Shown here: positions 10,442-19,523 of the stretch, piece after piece
Numbering within the stretch: position 1 is the stretch's first letter
Layout: each line of letters starts with the position of its first letter
From: Candidatus Alcyoniella australis
Lineage (GTDB): Bacteria > Lernaellota > Lernaellaia > JAVCCG01 > Alcyoniellaceae
Direction: 5' to 3'
DNA: 64,000 bases
Assembly: GCA_030765605.1 (NCBI GenBank)
Contig: JAVCCG010000133.1
Coordinates: 12,086-76,085 of the forward strand
Position numbers and translations under genes: made by a program
The notes under the pieces: model-generated
Database searches by the model: none
The model's input: the letters and a program-made list of their open reading frames with translations, nothing else
What the model was told of the DNA's origin: nothing

Positions 10442-11347
10442 TCAATCGGCGGGTGGTTCAAAGGGGTCCGGCGCTTGGGTAAACGGATCGACCCGGCGTA
10501 AATAGGCTTTACCGCCGAGCAGCCAGGCGAAGCGCCGCACGCTGCCCATGTCCTTGGCCTGGGTGCGGTGCTGCCTGGTGAACTCGGACATCATCTTTAC
10601 GCAGCTCATGCCCTCGGCGCAGGGCTGTTTGATATCGAAGGTCTCGGTGTACGGCCCGGGGTCGGCCTTGCCCACCATGCGCATCGGCCAATAGCGGTTG
10701 AGCATGTAGTAGCAGTTGGGCACGTGGTACGGCGCAAGCCCCCCCAGCTCGCGTTGCGGGTCGTCGGCCGCGACCACGGCCTGCATTGCCAAGCGCGATG
10801 AGAGCTGATGCTCAGGGTGTCCGGTGAATCCGCGGTCCGGACTGAAGGTCAGCAGCACGTCGGGCCGAAAGTCGCGGATCGCCTCGGCGATAACCTCGAT
10901 CGGGTCGCCGATCCCCTGGTCGGTCCAGATCCGCGCGATCTCGTCACGCGGTGGAAAGCTCTTGGCGGGTAGCGGCGCGTTCCAATATTCGCGGTGGTCA
11001 AGTTGCGCGTGGTACAGCTCGGCGACTCGTTTCATCTCCTCGTGACGTACAGCGCCCAGGCTTGGCTCGCAGCCCTCGGGCAGCAGACACTCGCCGCCGT
11101 CGCCGCGGGTCAGCACCAGCATGTACACGCGATTGCCCAAGGTCGGCCCGGCCAGGGCCAGCACCGGCCCGGACAACGCCTCGTCGTCGGGATGCGGAGC
11201 GACCCACATCACCGAGGCTCCGGCCTCGATCAGCTGTTGCAACGTAGGATGCTCGGCGTCGGCGGCTGCAACGGATAGCGGCAAGAACAGAGCGGCCAGC
11301 GCGGCCGCGACTGCAAAATTAAGAATCGAGCGGAATCTCATCGGCAC
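10442..11347 (-). CDS. PIG-L/LmbE-family N-acetylglucosaminyl deacetylase, secreted
   Basis: 301 aa; signal peptide; 'VAPHPDDE' zinc-binding motif characteristic of PIG-L/LmbE. Confidence 0.7.
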   Translation of the reverse strand: MPMRFRSILNFAVAAALAALFLPLSVAAADAEHPTLQQLIEAGASVMWVAPHPDDEALSGPVLALAGPTLGNRVYMLVLTRGDGGECLLPEGCEPSLGAVRHEEMKRVAELYHAQLDHREYWNAPLPAKSFPPRDEIARIWTDQGIGDPIEVIAEAIRDFRPDVLLTFSPDRGFTGHPEHQLSSRLAMQAVVAADDPQRELGGLAPYHVPNCYYMLNRYWPMRMVGKADPGPYTETFDIKQPCAEGMSCVKMMSEFTRQHRTQAKDMGSVRRFAWLLGGKAYLRRVDPFTQAPDPFEPPAD

Positions 11348-11436
11348 CTCCGAGTATGCAATATACGCCCGGAGACACCTTGAACCAAGTAATGACGCAG
11401 CGCGTCATGAGGCGAGGGGAATCCGTTCGACGATGC

Positions 11437-11637
11437 TCAATTGGCCAGCAGCTCGGCGGTGCGCTCCAGACGCTTTCGCTCGGTGATGTGCTTGCGCTCC
11501 ATATCTTGCTGGATCTGCGCGGTGAACAGCACGATGTTCTCCCCGCAAACCGGGCAGGTGATGGTAATCCGTGGCTTGTTCGTTTTCAGCTTGATGATGA
11601 CTAGTCTCTCTTGGCAACGTTCGCAGGTGATTATCAT
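11437..11637 (-). CDS. Small zinc-ribbon protein (2x CxxC)
   Basis: 66 aa, CERC...CPVC, lower-GC region; no other support. Confidence 0.35.
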   Translation of the reverse strand: MIITCERCQERLVIIKLKTNKPRITITCPVCGENIVLFTAQIQQDMERKHITERKRLERTAELLAN

Positions 11638-11936
11638 TGGTTCCTCCTCCTGGAATCCGACTTGTTATGGCCATTACAATTCATGGATCGTGCCAAGGGT
11701 GTAAAAGGGAACCTGCCGGCGGCTGGGCTCTAAGCGAGATCAGCAAATAAAGAACTAAATATCAAGGTGATAGGAGGTGTCGCCGCATTTGAGAATGATG
11801 CTTTGGACGCCCCTGTTTAGGTCTGCGACCCCCCTACTCCGGCCAGATCGCGGCGCAGATGGGATGTAGAATCGTAATTGTAAATAGTAAAAAGTAAGGT
11901 GCTGATACCGCGGGGCAATCAGGGTCGGAAGGGCGC

Positions 11937-13007
11937 TTGTGCGGCTTGGGCCCAATGGATTACTATGACCGGGATTTGAGGATGGGACGTTTTCGCACGC
12001 TGTTGTTCGCGCTGGTCGCGGTGTTGCTGTTTTTCGCGGCGGTGGAGGGACTGCTGCGCCTCAGCGGCTGGGCCCGTTCGCCCTTGGACGAGGTCTACTC
12101 GGACATCTACGACGTGGAATACGTGATGAGTCCGGGCAGCCCCAATCCTTACAACGAACACAAGCCCGAAAAGCTCAATATCGTGGGCTTGCGCGGCGAG
12201 ACCTTCCCCATTGAGCGCGAGCCGGGCGTGCTGCGCGTAATCTGTCTGGGCGACTCGACCACCTTTGGCATGGGCGAGCTCGAGGAATGCTATCCGTACA
12301 TGCTGCAAGAGCAGCTTGAGCAGCATCTGGGCTCGAACAAGGCGCAGGTGCTCAACGCCGGGATTCCCGGGACCGGGTTCACCCAACAGTTGTTGTTTTT
12401 TCAACGCCGGATGCGGCCCTATCGGCCCGACGTTGTTGCTCTGACCGGTGGGCCAAATTACCGTCCTGATATCAAGCAGTACCGTGATAGATTGAAGTCG
12501 GAACGCTTCCAGCGGCTGTACTCGATGCGCGGATGGTTTTCGCGGTTCGACACATACCGTTTGTTACGGCGGTTGGTCAAGGGTCCGGCCGTGCGGTTCG
12601 CCATGGACGACTCGCAGATCGATCCGGCGACCATCGAGACCGGCAGCTATCTGATGGATTATTGGGAAGATTTAGCGCACATGCGCGAACTGTCGCAGCA
12701 GGACGGCTTTAAATTGGTGTTTCTCAACGTGCCGCACCTCGAGTTGATTCAGGAGATGCAGAGCAGGGGGGTCCAGCCGGGGACCGAGCAGTACCGTGAA
12801 GTGTTGTGGATGTTCACGCCGGACCACGTAACCCCCCGATTTGCAGAGAAATACGGCTGTCAGTTTGTGGATTCGGTTCCGGAATTTTTGTTGATTAAGG
12901 CCGACGAAACACTGTTTTTCGATCCCAATCACCCCGCGGCCAAGGGCAACCGGATTATCGCCCGCGCCGTGGCCCAAGGGATTTTACAGGCCATCGCCCA
13001 GCCTTAA
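11937..13007 (+). CDS. SGNH/GDSL-family hydrolase (esterase/lipase-like), membrane-anchored
   Basis: 'VICLGDSTTFG' GDS(L) block I, 'FDPNHP' DxxH block V; N-terminal TM; start may be Met16 (11982). Confidence 0.65.
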   Translation: MCGLGPMDYYDRDLRMGRFRTLLFALVAVLLFFAAVEGLLRLSGWARSPLDEVYSDIYDVEYVMSPGSPNPYNEHKPEKLNIVGLRGETFPIEREPGVLRVICLGDSTTFGMGELEECYPYMLQEQLEQHLGSNKAQVLNAGIPGTGFTQQLLFFQRRMRPYRPDVVALTGGPNYRPDIKQYRDRLKSERFQRLYSMRGWFSRFDTYRLLRRLVKGPAVRFAMDDSQIDPATIETGSYLMDYWEDLAHMRELSQQDGFKLVFLNVPHLELIQEMQSRGVQPGTEQYREVLWMFTPDHVTPRFAEKYGCQFVDSVPEFLLIKADETLFFDPNHPAAKGNRIIARAVAQGILQAIAQP

Positions 13008-13066
13008 CCCGTTGGGCGAAAAGTAAAGATCGATTTCTCGATCTTTCCACCCCCTCTTAATCCGAT

Positions 13067-13082
13067 TGTTCCACGTGGAACA
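13067..13082. other. parS-like ParB-binding centromere site 1 (TGTTCCACGTGGAACA)
   Basis: Perfect 16-bp palindrome, 15/16 to B. subtilis parS TGTTCCACGTGAAACA and 14/16 to generic tGTTTCACGTGAAACa; in AT-rich convergent intergenic region. Confidence 0.7.
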
Positions 13083-13166
13083 ACTGTGGAAAAGATGTTG
13101 CGCACAGGTATTCACACAATGTGGATAGATTCTATAACTAGATGATTAATAAGGGGAAAGTCGCTG

Positions 13167-13182
13167 TGTTCCACGTGGAACA
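13167..13182. other. parS-like ParB-binding centromere site 2 (TGTTCCACGTGGAACA)
   Basis: Identical 16-bp palindrome exactly 100 bp from site 1; both embedded in a 24-bp direct repeat ttgttccacgtggaacaactgtgga. Confidence 0.7.
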
Positions 13183-13221
13183 ACTGTGGATGGAGCTGTG
13201 GGTAGTCAATCAACAGTCCGC

Positions 13222-14268
13222 TTAGCACTTCATCGGGCAGCGGCCGATCTTCTCGCGGGTGATCAGGCCCGCTAGACGACCTTGATCGATAACCGGCAGG
13301 GCGAAGAGGTTGCTGTTGCGCATCCGCCGCAGCACATCCACCAGCGGCTCGGCCGGGCTCGCCGGCTGGGGAATCTGGCGCACGATGTCGCTTACTCGCA
13401 CGTCGAACTCCTCGCGCTTGAGCGCGGGAATCAGGTCGACCCGCGAGACCATGCCCACCAGGCGTCCCTGGTCGATTACCGGCACGTCCTCCTGCATCGT
13501 GTGGCGCAGGCTCGAGGACAGGGAGCCCAGGGTTTCCTCGGGAGTGGTCCAATAGACCGGCGCGAGCATTGCGCGCCAGGCGGGGATGTCCTTTAACGTG
13601 CGCTCGAGCTCGGCCTCCTGACGCTCGGCATTGGCCCCGAGGTAAACGAAGACCGCGATCAGCATCAGGAAGAAGTTGCCGCTGAACAGACCGATCACGC
13701 CGAAACCGATGGCAACCACTTGGCCAACCTTGCCCGCCACTTCCGTGCCCCAGGTGTGTCCTTTGGCTGAAGCCAGGATGCCGCGCAGAATGCGGCCACC
13801 GTCCATCGGCAGGGCTGGAACCAGGTTGAATGCTCCGAGAAAACCGTTAATAAACGCCAGGGTGGACAGATAATGGGTCAAGTAGCTCTCGGCGCCCAAC
13901 GTGAAGTACGAGCCTGCGGCGATTCCGCCGAGCAGCAGGGCCAGGCCGAAACTAGTCAGCGGTCCGGCGGCCGCGACCACGATCTCGCCTGAGGGCTTGG
14001 TCGGCATGCGATCGAGTGCAGCCACTCCGCCGATAGGCAGCAAGGTGATGCTGCGGGTGTTGATGTCGTAACGCCGCGCGGTCAGCGCGTGGCCCAATTC
14101 ATGAATCACCACGCCCACGAACACGCCGAGTACGATCAGCAATCCCTCGGGTCCGCCAAATCCGGTGCTGGCCGGGCTCAGCAGTACGAACAGCAGCAGC
14201 AAGAAGAACGTCAGGTGAATTCTTATTGGAATTCCAGATATTTGCATTATCGTGAACGACCACTTCAC
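13222..14268 (-). CDS. Site-2 protease family (M50) zinc metalloprotease with tandem CBS domains
   Basis: HELGH zinc motif in TM helix, 'NLVPALPMDGG' second motif, C-terminal 2x CBS; start may be Met8 (14247). Confidence 0.75.
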   Translation of the reverse strand: MKWSFTIMQISGIPIRIHLTFFLLLLFVLLSPASTGFGGPEGLLIVLGVFVGVVIHELGHALTARRYDINTRSITLLPIGGVAALDRMPTKPSGEIVVAAAGPLTSFGLALLLGGIAAGSYFTLGAESYLTHYLSTLAFINGFLGAFNLVPALPMDGGRILRGILASAKGHTWGTEVAGKVGQVVAIGFGVIGLFSGNFFLMLIAVFVYLGANAERQEAELERTLKDIPAWRAMLAPVYWTTPEETLGSLSSSLRHTMQEDVPVIDQGRLVGMVSRVDLIPALKREEFDVRVSDIVRQIPQPASPAEPLVDVLRRMRNSNLFALPVIDQGRLAGLITREKIGRCPMKC

Positions 14269-14443
14269 TGGAACCTCTCCTCTTTTTATTCAACTCACTA
14301 GACAACAATATAGTGACGAAGTTGCGGATATTCAACCATGACGCAGATCAGAAGGACGAAGATTTATAAAATAACCCGGGCCGGGCTTGAGCATTGACGC
14401 GCTGCTTAGCATGAATTAATGTAATCGGCAATAAGAATCGAGA

Positions 14444-15646
14444 TTGGACGTGTTGGGAAACAAACCCTCCAGACGCCGTTTTTTACGCATGTGCAGCTAC
14501 AGCGCACTGGCCGTGTCGCTGACGGGCTGCAACGATCAAGATGAGAGCTCAAGCGCGCGCGGCGGGGGAGACGACGACGATTCACCCTATCAAGCGGATC
14601 AGGCTGGCATTGGCAGAAGCTTCGACGCCGACTGCCCGAACGTAACGCTCCGGCTAGAGGATGGACGGATCTCGCACTGCGGATTCAACCCATACGACCT
14701 CAACGGCGACGGGCCGTTTATCACGGATTGCCCACAAGATTATTTTGATTTCTGCAATCTGGCCGGGGATTACGCGCAACCGTGCAAGGCTGAGGACATC
14801 GCGGATTTGCTGCAGCGCATCGCCACGGGCGAGGTGGACCCGTCCGACCCGCTGGACACTAACGAGTTGCAGCATGAGCTTTGCACGCGGCTCAACATCG
14901 AGTTTTTACTGGACAATTTCGACTCGCGGCCGTTGACCGTGACCACCACCAGGGTCGAGCGCTATGCTGACTATGAGCTGCGCTCGTTGTTGTTCGAGGA
15001 CGAGTTCGTCGGCGAGTTCAACGGTTTCCTGCTGCTGCCCAATGATGCGTGCAACGTACCGGCGGTGGTCGTCTCTCCCGGACACGCCGGCAGTTCCAAA
15101 GCCTGGATCGATGTCTATTTCGGCAATTATTTGCCGCAAAACGGCTATGCCTTGTTGGCGCTTTCCATGCGCTGTATGGCTGCGCCCAATGTGCCGGCAG
15201 AATACGATGTGACCCGTGCCCTGACCCTCGATGGCTTCACGTTTATCGGACTGCAGGTCTATGAACAGTTGCTGGGATTGAAGTACCTGCGCTTCCTGGG
15301 TTGCCGCGATGTCGCTGTCGACGGCAACCGCCTGGGACTGATCGGCCACTCGGGCGGCAGTACTGTCGGCAACTTGCTGATTCGTGCAGCGCCGGAGGCG
15401 GTAAAGGTTTATATCTCTGATTTTAAAAGTGAATATATCAACAGCGGTGAGAGCTGGAATCTCGGTAAAGTACCCCATGACTTTGCGCCTGGGGCCTGGC
15501 AGCTACACTATCTGATCAACAATTTTGATACCGCGACCATGCCTGTGCTCGAGCTGCCCTACGGCTATGCCGAGGATGGACAGTCAATACCCGATGGCAC
15601 GCGGCGGATAATCGAGTTTTTGGATCAGGAGTTGAAAAAGCGATAG
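14444..15646 (+). CDS. Tat-exported lipoprotein alpha/beta-hydrolase (esterase/lipase-like) with short poly-Asp linker
   Basis: SRRRFLRM twin-arginine motif + LTGC lipobox, then GGGDDDD; 'GHSGGS' nucleophile elbow; AT-rich promoter region upstream. Confidence 0.6.
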   Translation: MDVLGNKPSRRRFLRMCSYSALAVSLTGCNDQDESSSARGGGDDDDSPYQADQAGIGRSFDADCPNVTLRLEDGRISHCGFNPYDLNGDGPFITDCPQDYFDFCNLAGDYAQPCKAEDIADLLQRIATGEVDPSDPLDTNELQHELCTRLNIEFLLDNFDSRPLTVTTTRVERYADYELRSLLFEDEFVGEFNGFLLLPNDACNVPAVVVSPGHAGSSKAWIDVYFGNYLPQNGYALLALSMRCMAAPNVPAEYDVTRALTLDGFTFIGLQVYEQLLGLKYLRFLGCRDVAVDGNRLGLIGHSGGSTVGNLLIRAAPEAVKVYISDFKSEYINSGESWNLGKVPHDFAPGAWQLHYLINNFDTATMPVLELPYGYAEDGQSIPDGTRRIIEFLDQELKKR

Positions 15647-15653
15647 GCGGCGG

Positions 15654-17444
15654 TCAATCGTTGTACATCGCATCGATCAGATCTTTGTAGCGTTGATTGA
15701 CCACGTTGCGCTTGACCTTCTGGGTGGGCGTAACCTCGCCGCGCTCGATGGTCAGCTCCTCACCGAGCATTTGGAAGCGCTTGATTGTCTCGTAGCGCGG
15801 CAGGTCGGCGTTGACCTTGTCGACCATGCTTTGCACGAACTCGAGCACCATGGGGTGGTGTACCAGCTCACGCGGCTCGATTTTGCCGATTCCCGTGGTC
15901 TTGGCCCACTGAACGATCTCGTCCGGGTCCAGAGCGATCAGTGCGCTCAAATATTTACGCCGGTCGCCGATGACCACGGCTTGGCTTATATAACCAGTTG
16001 ATTTTAAAGCATTTTCTATCGGTTGCGGTGCGATATTCTTCCCCCCGGCCGTGACGATGATGTCCTTTTTCCGGTCGGTGATCCGCAGGAAGCCATCGTC
16101 GTCGATCACGCCGATATCGCCGGTGAGGAAATATCCCTGATCGTCAAAGGCCTCGGCAGTGGCCTCGGGGTCGTTGTAATATTCGCTGAAGATCGATTCG
16201 CCACGCACGCAGATCTCGCCGTCCGCTGCAATTTTGATCTCCACACCGTCGATGACCTGTCCCACCGTGCCAAATCGCAGGCTATCGGGTCGGTTGACCG
16301 TGCAGGGGGCGGCGGTTTCGGTCAGGCCGTAGCCCTCGAGGATCGTCAGGCCGCAGGCGTCGAAAAACTCGATGATTTCAACCGAAAGCGGAGCGCCTCC
16401 GCTGATCATTGTCCGCACGCGGCCGCCGAAAACCTGCTGGATCTTGTTGTAGACCAGCTTCTGGGCCAGTCCGTGCTGGAGATTGAGTCCCAGGGGAATG
16501 GCCTTGTTGTCGCGGTTTAGCTCTGACCAGCGTTTGCCCACACTGACCGCCCAGTTGAAGATCGCCCGACGTCGGGGATTGGCGCGGGAGATCTCGGCCA
16601 GTACGCGGGCGTGGATCTTCTCGTAGAGCCGCGGGACCATACTGAAGGTCGTGGGCCGGACCTCTTGGAAGTTTTCCACCAATTTATCCAGGCTCTCGGC
16701 GTAGGCACCGCTGATGCCGATGTAGACCCCGGCGTAGTTGCTGGTGCGCTGGAGGATGTGCGCCAGTGGGAGCACCACAAGGCCCAGGTCGTCGGGCCTG
16801 ATGCCCACGGCCTCGACCGAAGCCTTCATCACCGCGAGCATCGTACGGTGGGTCAGCACCACCCCTTTGGGATCGCCCGTGGTGCCCGAGGTATAGACGA
16901 TGATCGCCTTATCCTCAGGCTTGATCGATGCCAGAGTCTCGTCGAACCATTGCCGCAGCTCGCCCTCGTAGAGCGACTTTCCCAGGTCCAACGCGTTGTC
17001 GAATGAAATCAGTTCCAGGCCCTGGGCCTGGGGCGGCTCGCCGTTGAACAGCACAATTCGTTTGAGCGTGGGCATCTGCTCGCGGGCGTTGATCAGCTTT
17101 TGCGCTTGGTCTACATCCTCGACAAAGCACGTGCCGACCAAGGCGTGGTTGACGATGAACGCGCACTGTTTTGCAGTCGATGTCTCGTAGATGCCGATGG
17201 TGATCAAGGCGGCGGCCATCACGCCCATGTCGGCCGTGGACCACTCGAGGTTCGAGTGGGAGATCACGCCGACACGGTCGCCGCGCTGATGACCCCAGTG
17301 GTGCAGTGCACAGGAGACGTAGCGCGCATTGAGCTGGGTGGTGGCGTGCGGCTGTTCGATCCATGTGCCGTCGCGCTTGACCAGGGCATACCCCTGACGG
17401 CCTTCGCTCTCGAACAGGGCTGACGGGACGCTATTATATTCCAT
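15654..17444 (-). CDS. Long-chain-fatty-acid--CoA ligase (AMP-dependent synthetase, FadD/ACSL-type)
   Basis: 596 aa; 'YTSGTTGDPKGVVLTH' AMP-binding motif I, 'TGDIG', linker region typical of long-chain ACS. Confidence 0.8.
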   Translation of the reverse strand: MEYNSVPSALFESEGRQGYALVKRDGTWIEQPHATTQLNARYVSCALHHWGHQRGDRVGVISHSNLEWSTADMGVMAAALITIGIYETSTAKQCAFIVNHALVGTCFVEDVDQAQKLINAREQMPTLKRIVLFNGEPPQAQGLELISFDNALDLGKSLYEGELRQWFDETLASIKPEDKAIIVYTSGTTGDPKGVVLTHRTMLAVMKASVEAVGIRPDDLGLVVLPLAHILQRTSNYAGVYIGISGAYAESLDKLVENFQEVRPTTFSMVPRLYEKIHARVLAEISRANPRRRAIFNWAVSVGKRWSELNRDNKAIPLGLNLQHGLAQKLVYNKIQQVFGGRVRTMISGGAPLSVEIIEFFDACGLTILEGYGLTETAAPCTVNRPDSLRFGTVGQVIDGVEIKIAADGEICVRGESIFSEYYNDPEATAEAFDDQGYFLTGDIGVIDDDGFLRITDRKKDIIVTAGGKNIAPQPIENALKSTGYISQAVVIGDRRKYLSALIALDPDEIVQWAKTTGIGKIEPRELVHHPMVLEFVQSMVDKVNADLPRYETIKRFQMLGEELTIERGEVTPTQKVKRNVVNQRYKDLIDAMYND

Positions 17445-17690
17445 TGCAACCTCCGGCGCTGCCCGCCAGTTTAGTCTCGATCATTAGGTTAGTCCATTGC
17501 TCGGATTTCCCCGATGTTATGTTTTGTGAATCACCGCTTGAATGATAGAGTTAACAACCAAAAACCTCGATCCGTAATACATAGAGATTCTCCATCCAAC
17601 ATTGACGTCGGGATCGCAGCATCTCGACGTTGCAGGCCTTGACGAAGATCAAGCAGGCCAGGGTGGAGACGACGACCGAGGAGACCGCCG

Positions 17691-17948
17691 ATGGATGATT
17701 GGAAGAGTCTTCATAGTACATCCCAGAACGGCTCGGGCGGCAGGATCATTATCTACTCGATGCTCTCGTCGGCGATCGCGTTGATGGCCCTGGCCGTGCT
17801 GCTGGCAAACGGTACTCTGGGCGCGCCGCCGTGGCTGCTGACCATGGGAGTCGGCTCCGGTGCGCTGATCCTGATTTTCGCCCTGACGGCCTTTGGCCTG
17901 TCGGTGGGTGCCGGCTTGCTTTCCTACCTGCGCTACCGCGGCCGTTAA
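17691..17948 (+). CDS. Small hypothetical membrane protein (2 TM)
   Basis: 85 aa, two hydrophobic helices, followed by hairpin terminator; weak. Confidence 0.3.
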   Translation: MDDWKSLHSTSQNGSGGRIIIYSMLSSAIALMALAVLLANGTLGAPPWLLTMGVGSGALILIFALTAFGLSVGAGLLSYLRYRGR

Positions 17949-17956
17949 TAAGCAAA

Positions 17957-17982
17957 GGGCAGGTCCCGGCGGGACCTGCCCC
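17957..17982. terminator. GC-rich hairpin (gggcaggtcccggcgggacctgccc) between convergent genes
   Basis: 11-bp perfect stem, 4-nt loop; poor T tract, so likely bidirectional/intrinsic-like. Confidence 0.45.
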
Positions 17983-18007
17983 TATTGAACATCTGGTTTG
18001 GCTGGAA

Positions 18008-18676
18008 TCAGTCGGAACGGCGGCGCATCAAGCTGAGCTTCAGCCCGTGCTTGCGCATCATCGCCTGGAAGTTCGGTCGCTGCATGCCGACCTGTTTGGC
18101 TGCCTTGGTTACGTTGTATTCGTTGCGCTGCAGCGCATCGACCACGAACGCCTTTTCGATCGGCACGACGGCGCTTTCGCGCAGCACCTTTTTGGCGCGC
18201 TTGAGCTGCTGGCTGTCGACGGGGACCTTGTCGGGCATGTTGGCCATGACAGTATCCGGGCCGCGTAGCTCGAGCTGCTCGGAGAGCTTGAGCTTGGCCA
18301 GCTTGAGCTGGCGGACTTCCAGTGCGCGCTCGGCGGCGACCATCAGCTCCTCGTTCATGAACGGGCGTACGAGCATCTGGCAGGAGTGGTCCTTGAGCAT
18401 CTCAAGCGATCCTCCCAGATCCTGCTCGTTGATCATCGCGATCACGGCGATGTTCGGCTGGACGTTGAAGACCTTCTTGATCAGCTCACCGCCCTTGTAA
18501 CCGTTCATTCCCAGGTCTACTACCGCGATGTCGAACCCACCGCTCTCCAGCGACTTTAAAAGTTCGTCGCTGACCGGAGTGGCTACTACTTTCTCGACAC
18601 GGCCCTTGAGGGCGTCCATCAACATCCCGGCGAGGCTGACTTCACTGTCGCCGACAATTATCCTGATTCGCTCCAT
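18008..18676 (-). CDS. Response regulator: REC receiver + Fis-type HTH (no sigma54 AAA+ domain)
   Basis: MERIRIIVGDSE...D(54)...; C-terminal 'NVTKAAKQVGMQRPNFQAMMRKHGL' HTH_8; ORF-track frame extends 18 codons upstream to 18730; no cognate kinase nearby. Confidence 0.7.
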   Translation of the reverse strand: MERIRIIVGDSEVSLAGMLMDALKGRVEKVVATPVSDELLKSLESGGFDIAVVDLGMNGYKGGELIKKVFNVQPNIAVIAMINEQDLGGSLEMLKDHSCQMLVRPFMNEELMVAAERALEVRQLKLAKLKLSEQLELRGPDTVMANMPDKVPVDSQQLKRAKKVLRESAVVPIEKAFVVDALQRNEYNVTKAAKQVGMQRPNFQAMMRKHGLKLSLMRRRSD

Positions 18677-19221
18677 TGAATGCTCCTTCTGCTGAAACAA
18701 ATAATTTTGTTCGCCAATGTAATGCAACATCAGTGCCGTTTGCGTTTTTACAAGATATTTATTGCAACTGTATATTAACCCTGGATTTTATGCAAAAGAA
18801 AATCATGACTTAAAATGCCAATAATGTAATTAATGTAACATTAAAGAGTCACGTTGTCTCAATTATGGTGCATAAAACGCTGGAAAAGGTCAAGGAAGGC
18901 TCCGATGCTTAATACTTAAATAAACACAAAAAACAATGGTTTATTATCGATGTGGTCGAGAATAGCTCTTTTTTTTAACCTTCTGACGCATAAATTTCCT
19001 TAACATCAAGAAGGTTCGTATATTTAGAATGAGACATTACGATTTGAAGGATCGCCAGCCTGCAAATGGGAAGAGGGCGGGAGGAGGGATAATATTGCGG
19101 TTAACAATATTGTATGGAGGCTCGCGGAAAGCTGATTTGAGCAGCGGCAAGGTGCGCGAACAACGCTGGTTGCAATGCGATGACTCGCCCCACGACAGCG
19201 CCCTTGGAGGCGGCTTGGAGT

Positions 19222-19379
19222 CGCTACAAAACACGCGCAGTACGCTGGTTGTAATGCCAATATCCACTCCGCAGCGAAAGTAGGGTGGTGGGTAATAGTG
19301 CCGCTACAAAACACGCGCAGTACGCTGGTTGTAATGCCAAGATCCACTCCGCGGCGAAAGTAGGGTGGTGGGTAATAGT
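19222..19379 (+). repeat. Tandem duplication: 2 x ~78-bp unit (period 80) in the 790-bp AT-rich region upstream of rnfA
   Basis: cgctacaaaacacgcgcagtacgctggttgtaatgccaa(t/g)atccactccgc(a/g)gcgaaagtagggtggtgggtaatagt repeated with 2 mismatches. Confidence 0.85.
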
Positions 19380-19523
19380 ATTGAGCAACAATATTCCCAC
19401 AATATTTCAGGATAGTTGTCGGGCTTGACTTGGGCGCGTGTCTCTGCTAATTTTTGGCGCGTTTCAGGCACCCCGCCGCCCGCTGAAATACGTATGATAA
19501 CCACTAGAGTTTAAGACAGCATT

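Noticed and set aside
10184-10501. ORFs 10184-10366 (-) and 10256-10501 (+)
   Set aside because: They overlap the tRNA-Lys gene and its terminator.
13090-13125. Possible dif (XerCD) site near ttgcgcacaggtattcacacaatgtgg, given that ftsK is nearby
   Set aside because: Only the XerC-arm-like half (8/11) matches. The XerD arm TTATGTTAAAT is absent. The parS interpretation of the flanking palindromes is much stronger.
19024-19347. ORFs 19024-19347 and 19037-19267 with similar N-termini (MD[LI]GITTSVLRVFCS)
   Set aside because: The similarity is generated by the 80-bp tandem duplication. The region is AT-rich leader DNA.
19440-19475. Sigma54 (-24/-12) promoter for rnf at ttggcgcgtttcaggca
   Set aside because: The GG…GC spacing is 12 rather than 10, and the -12 TTGC element is missing.
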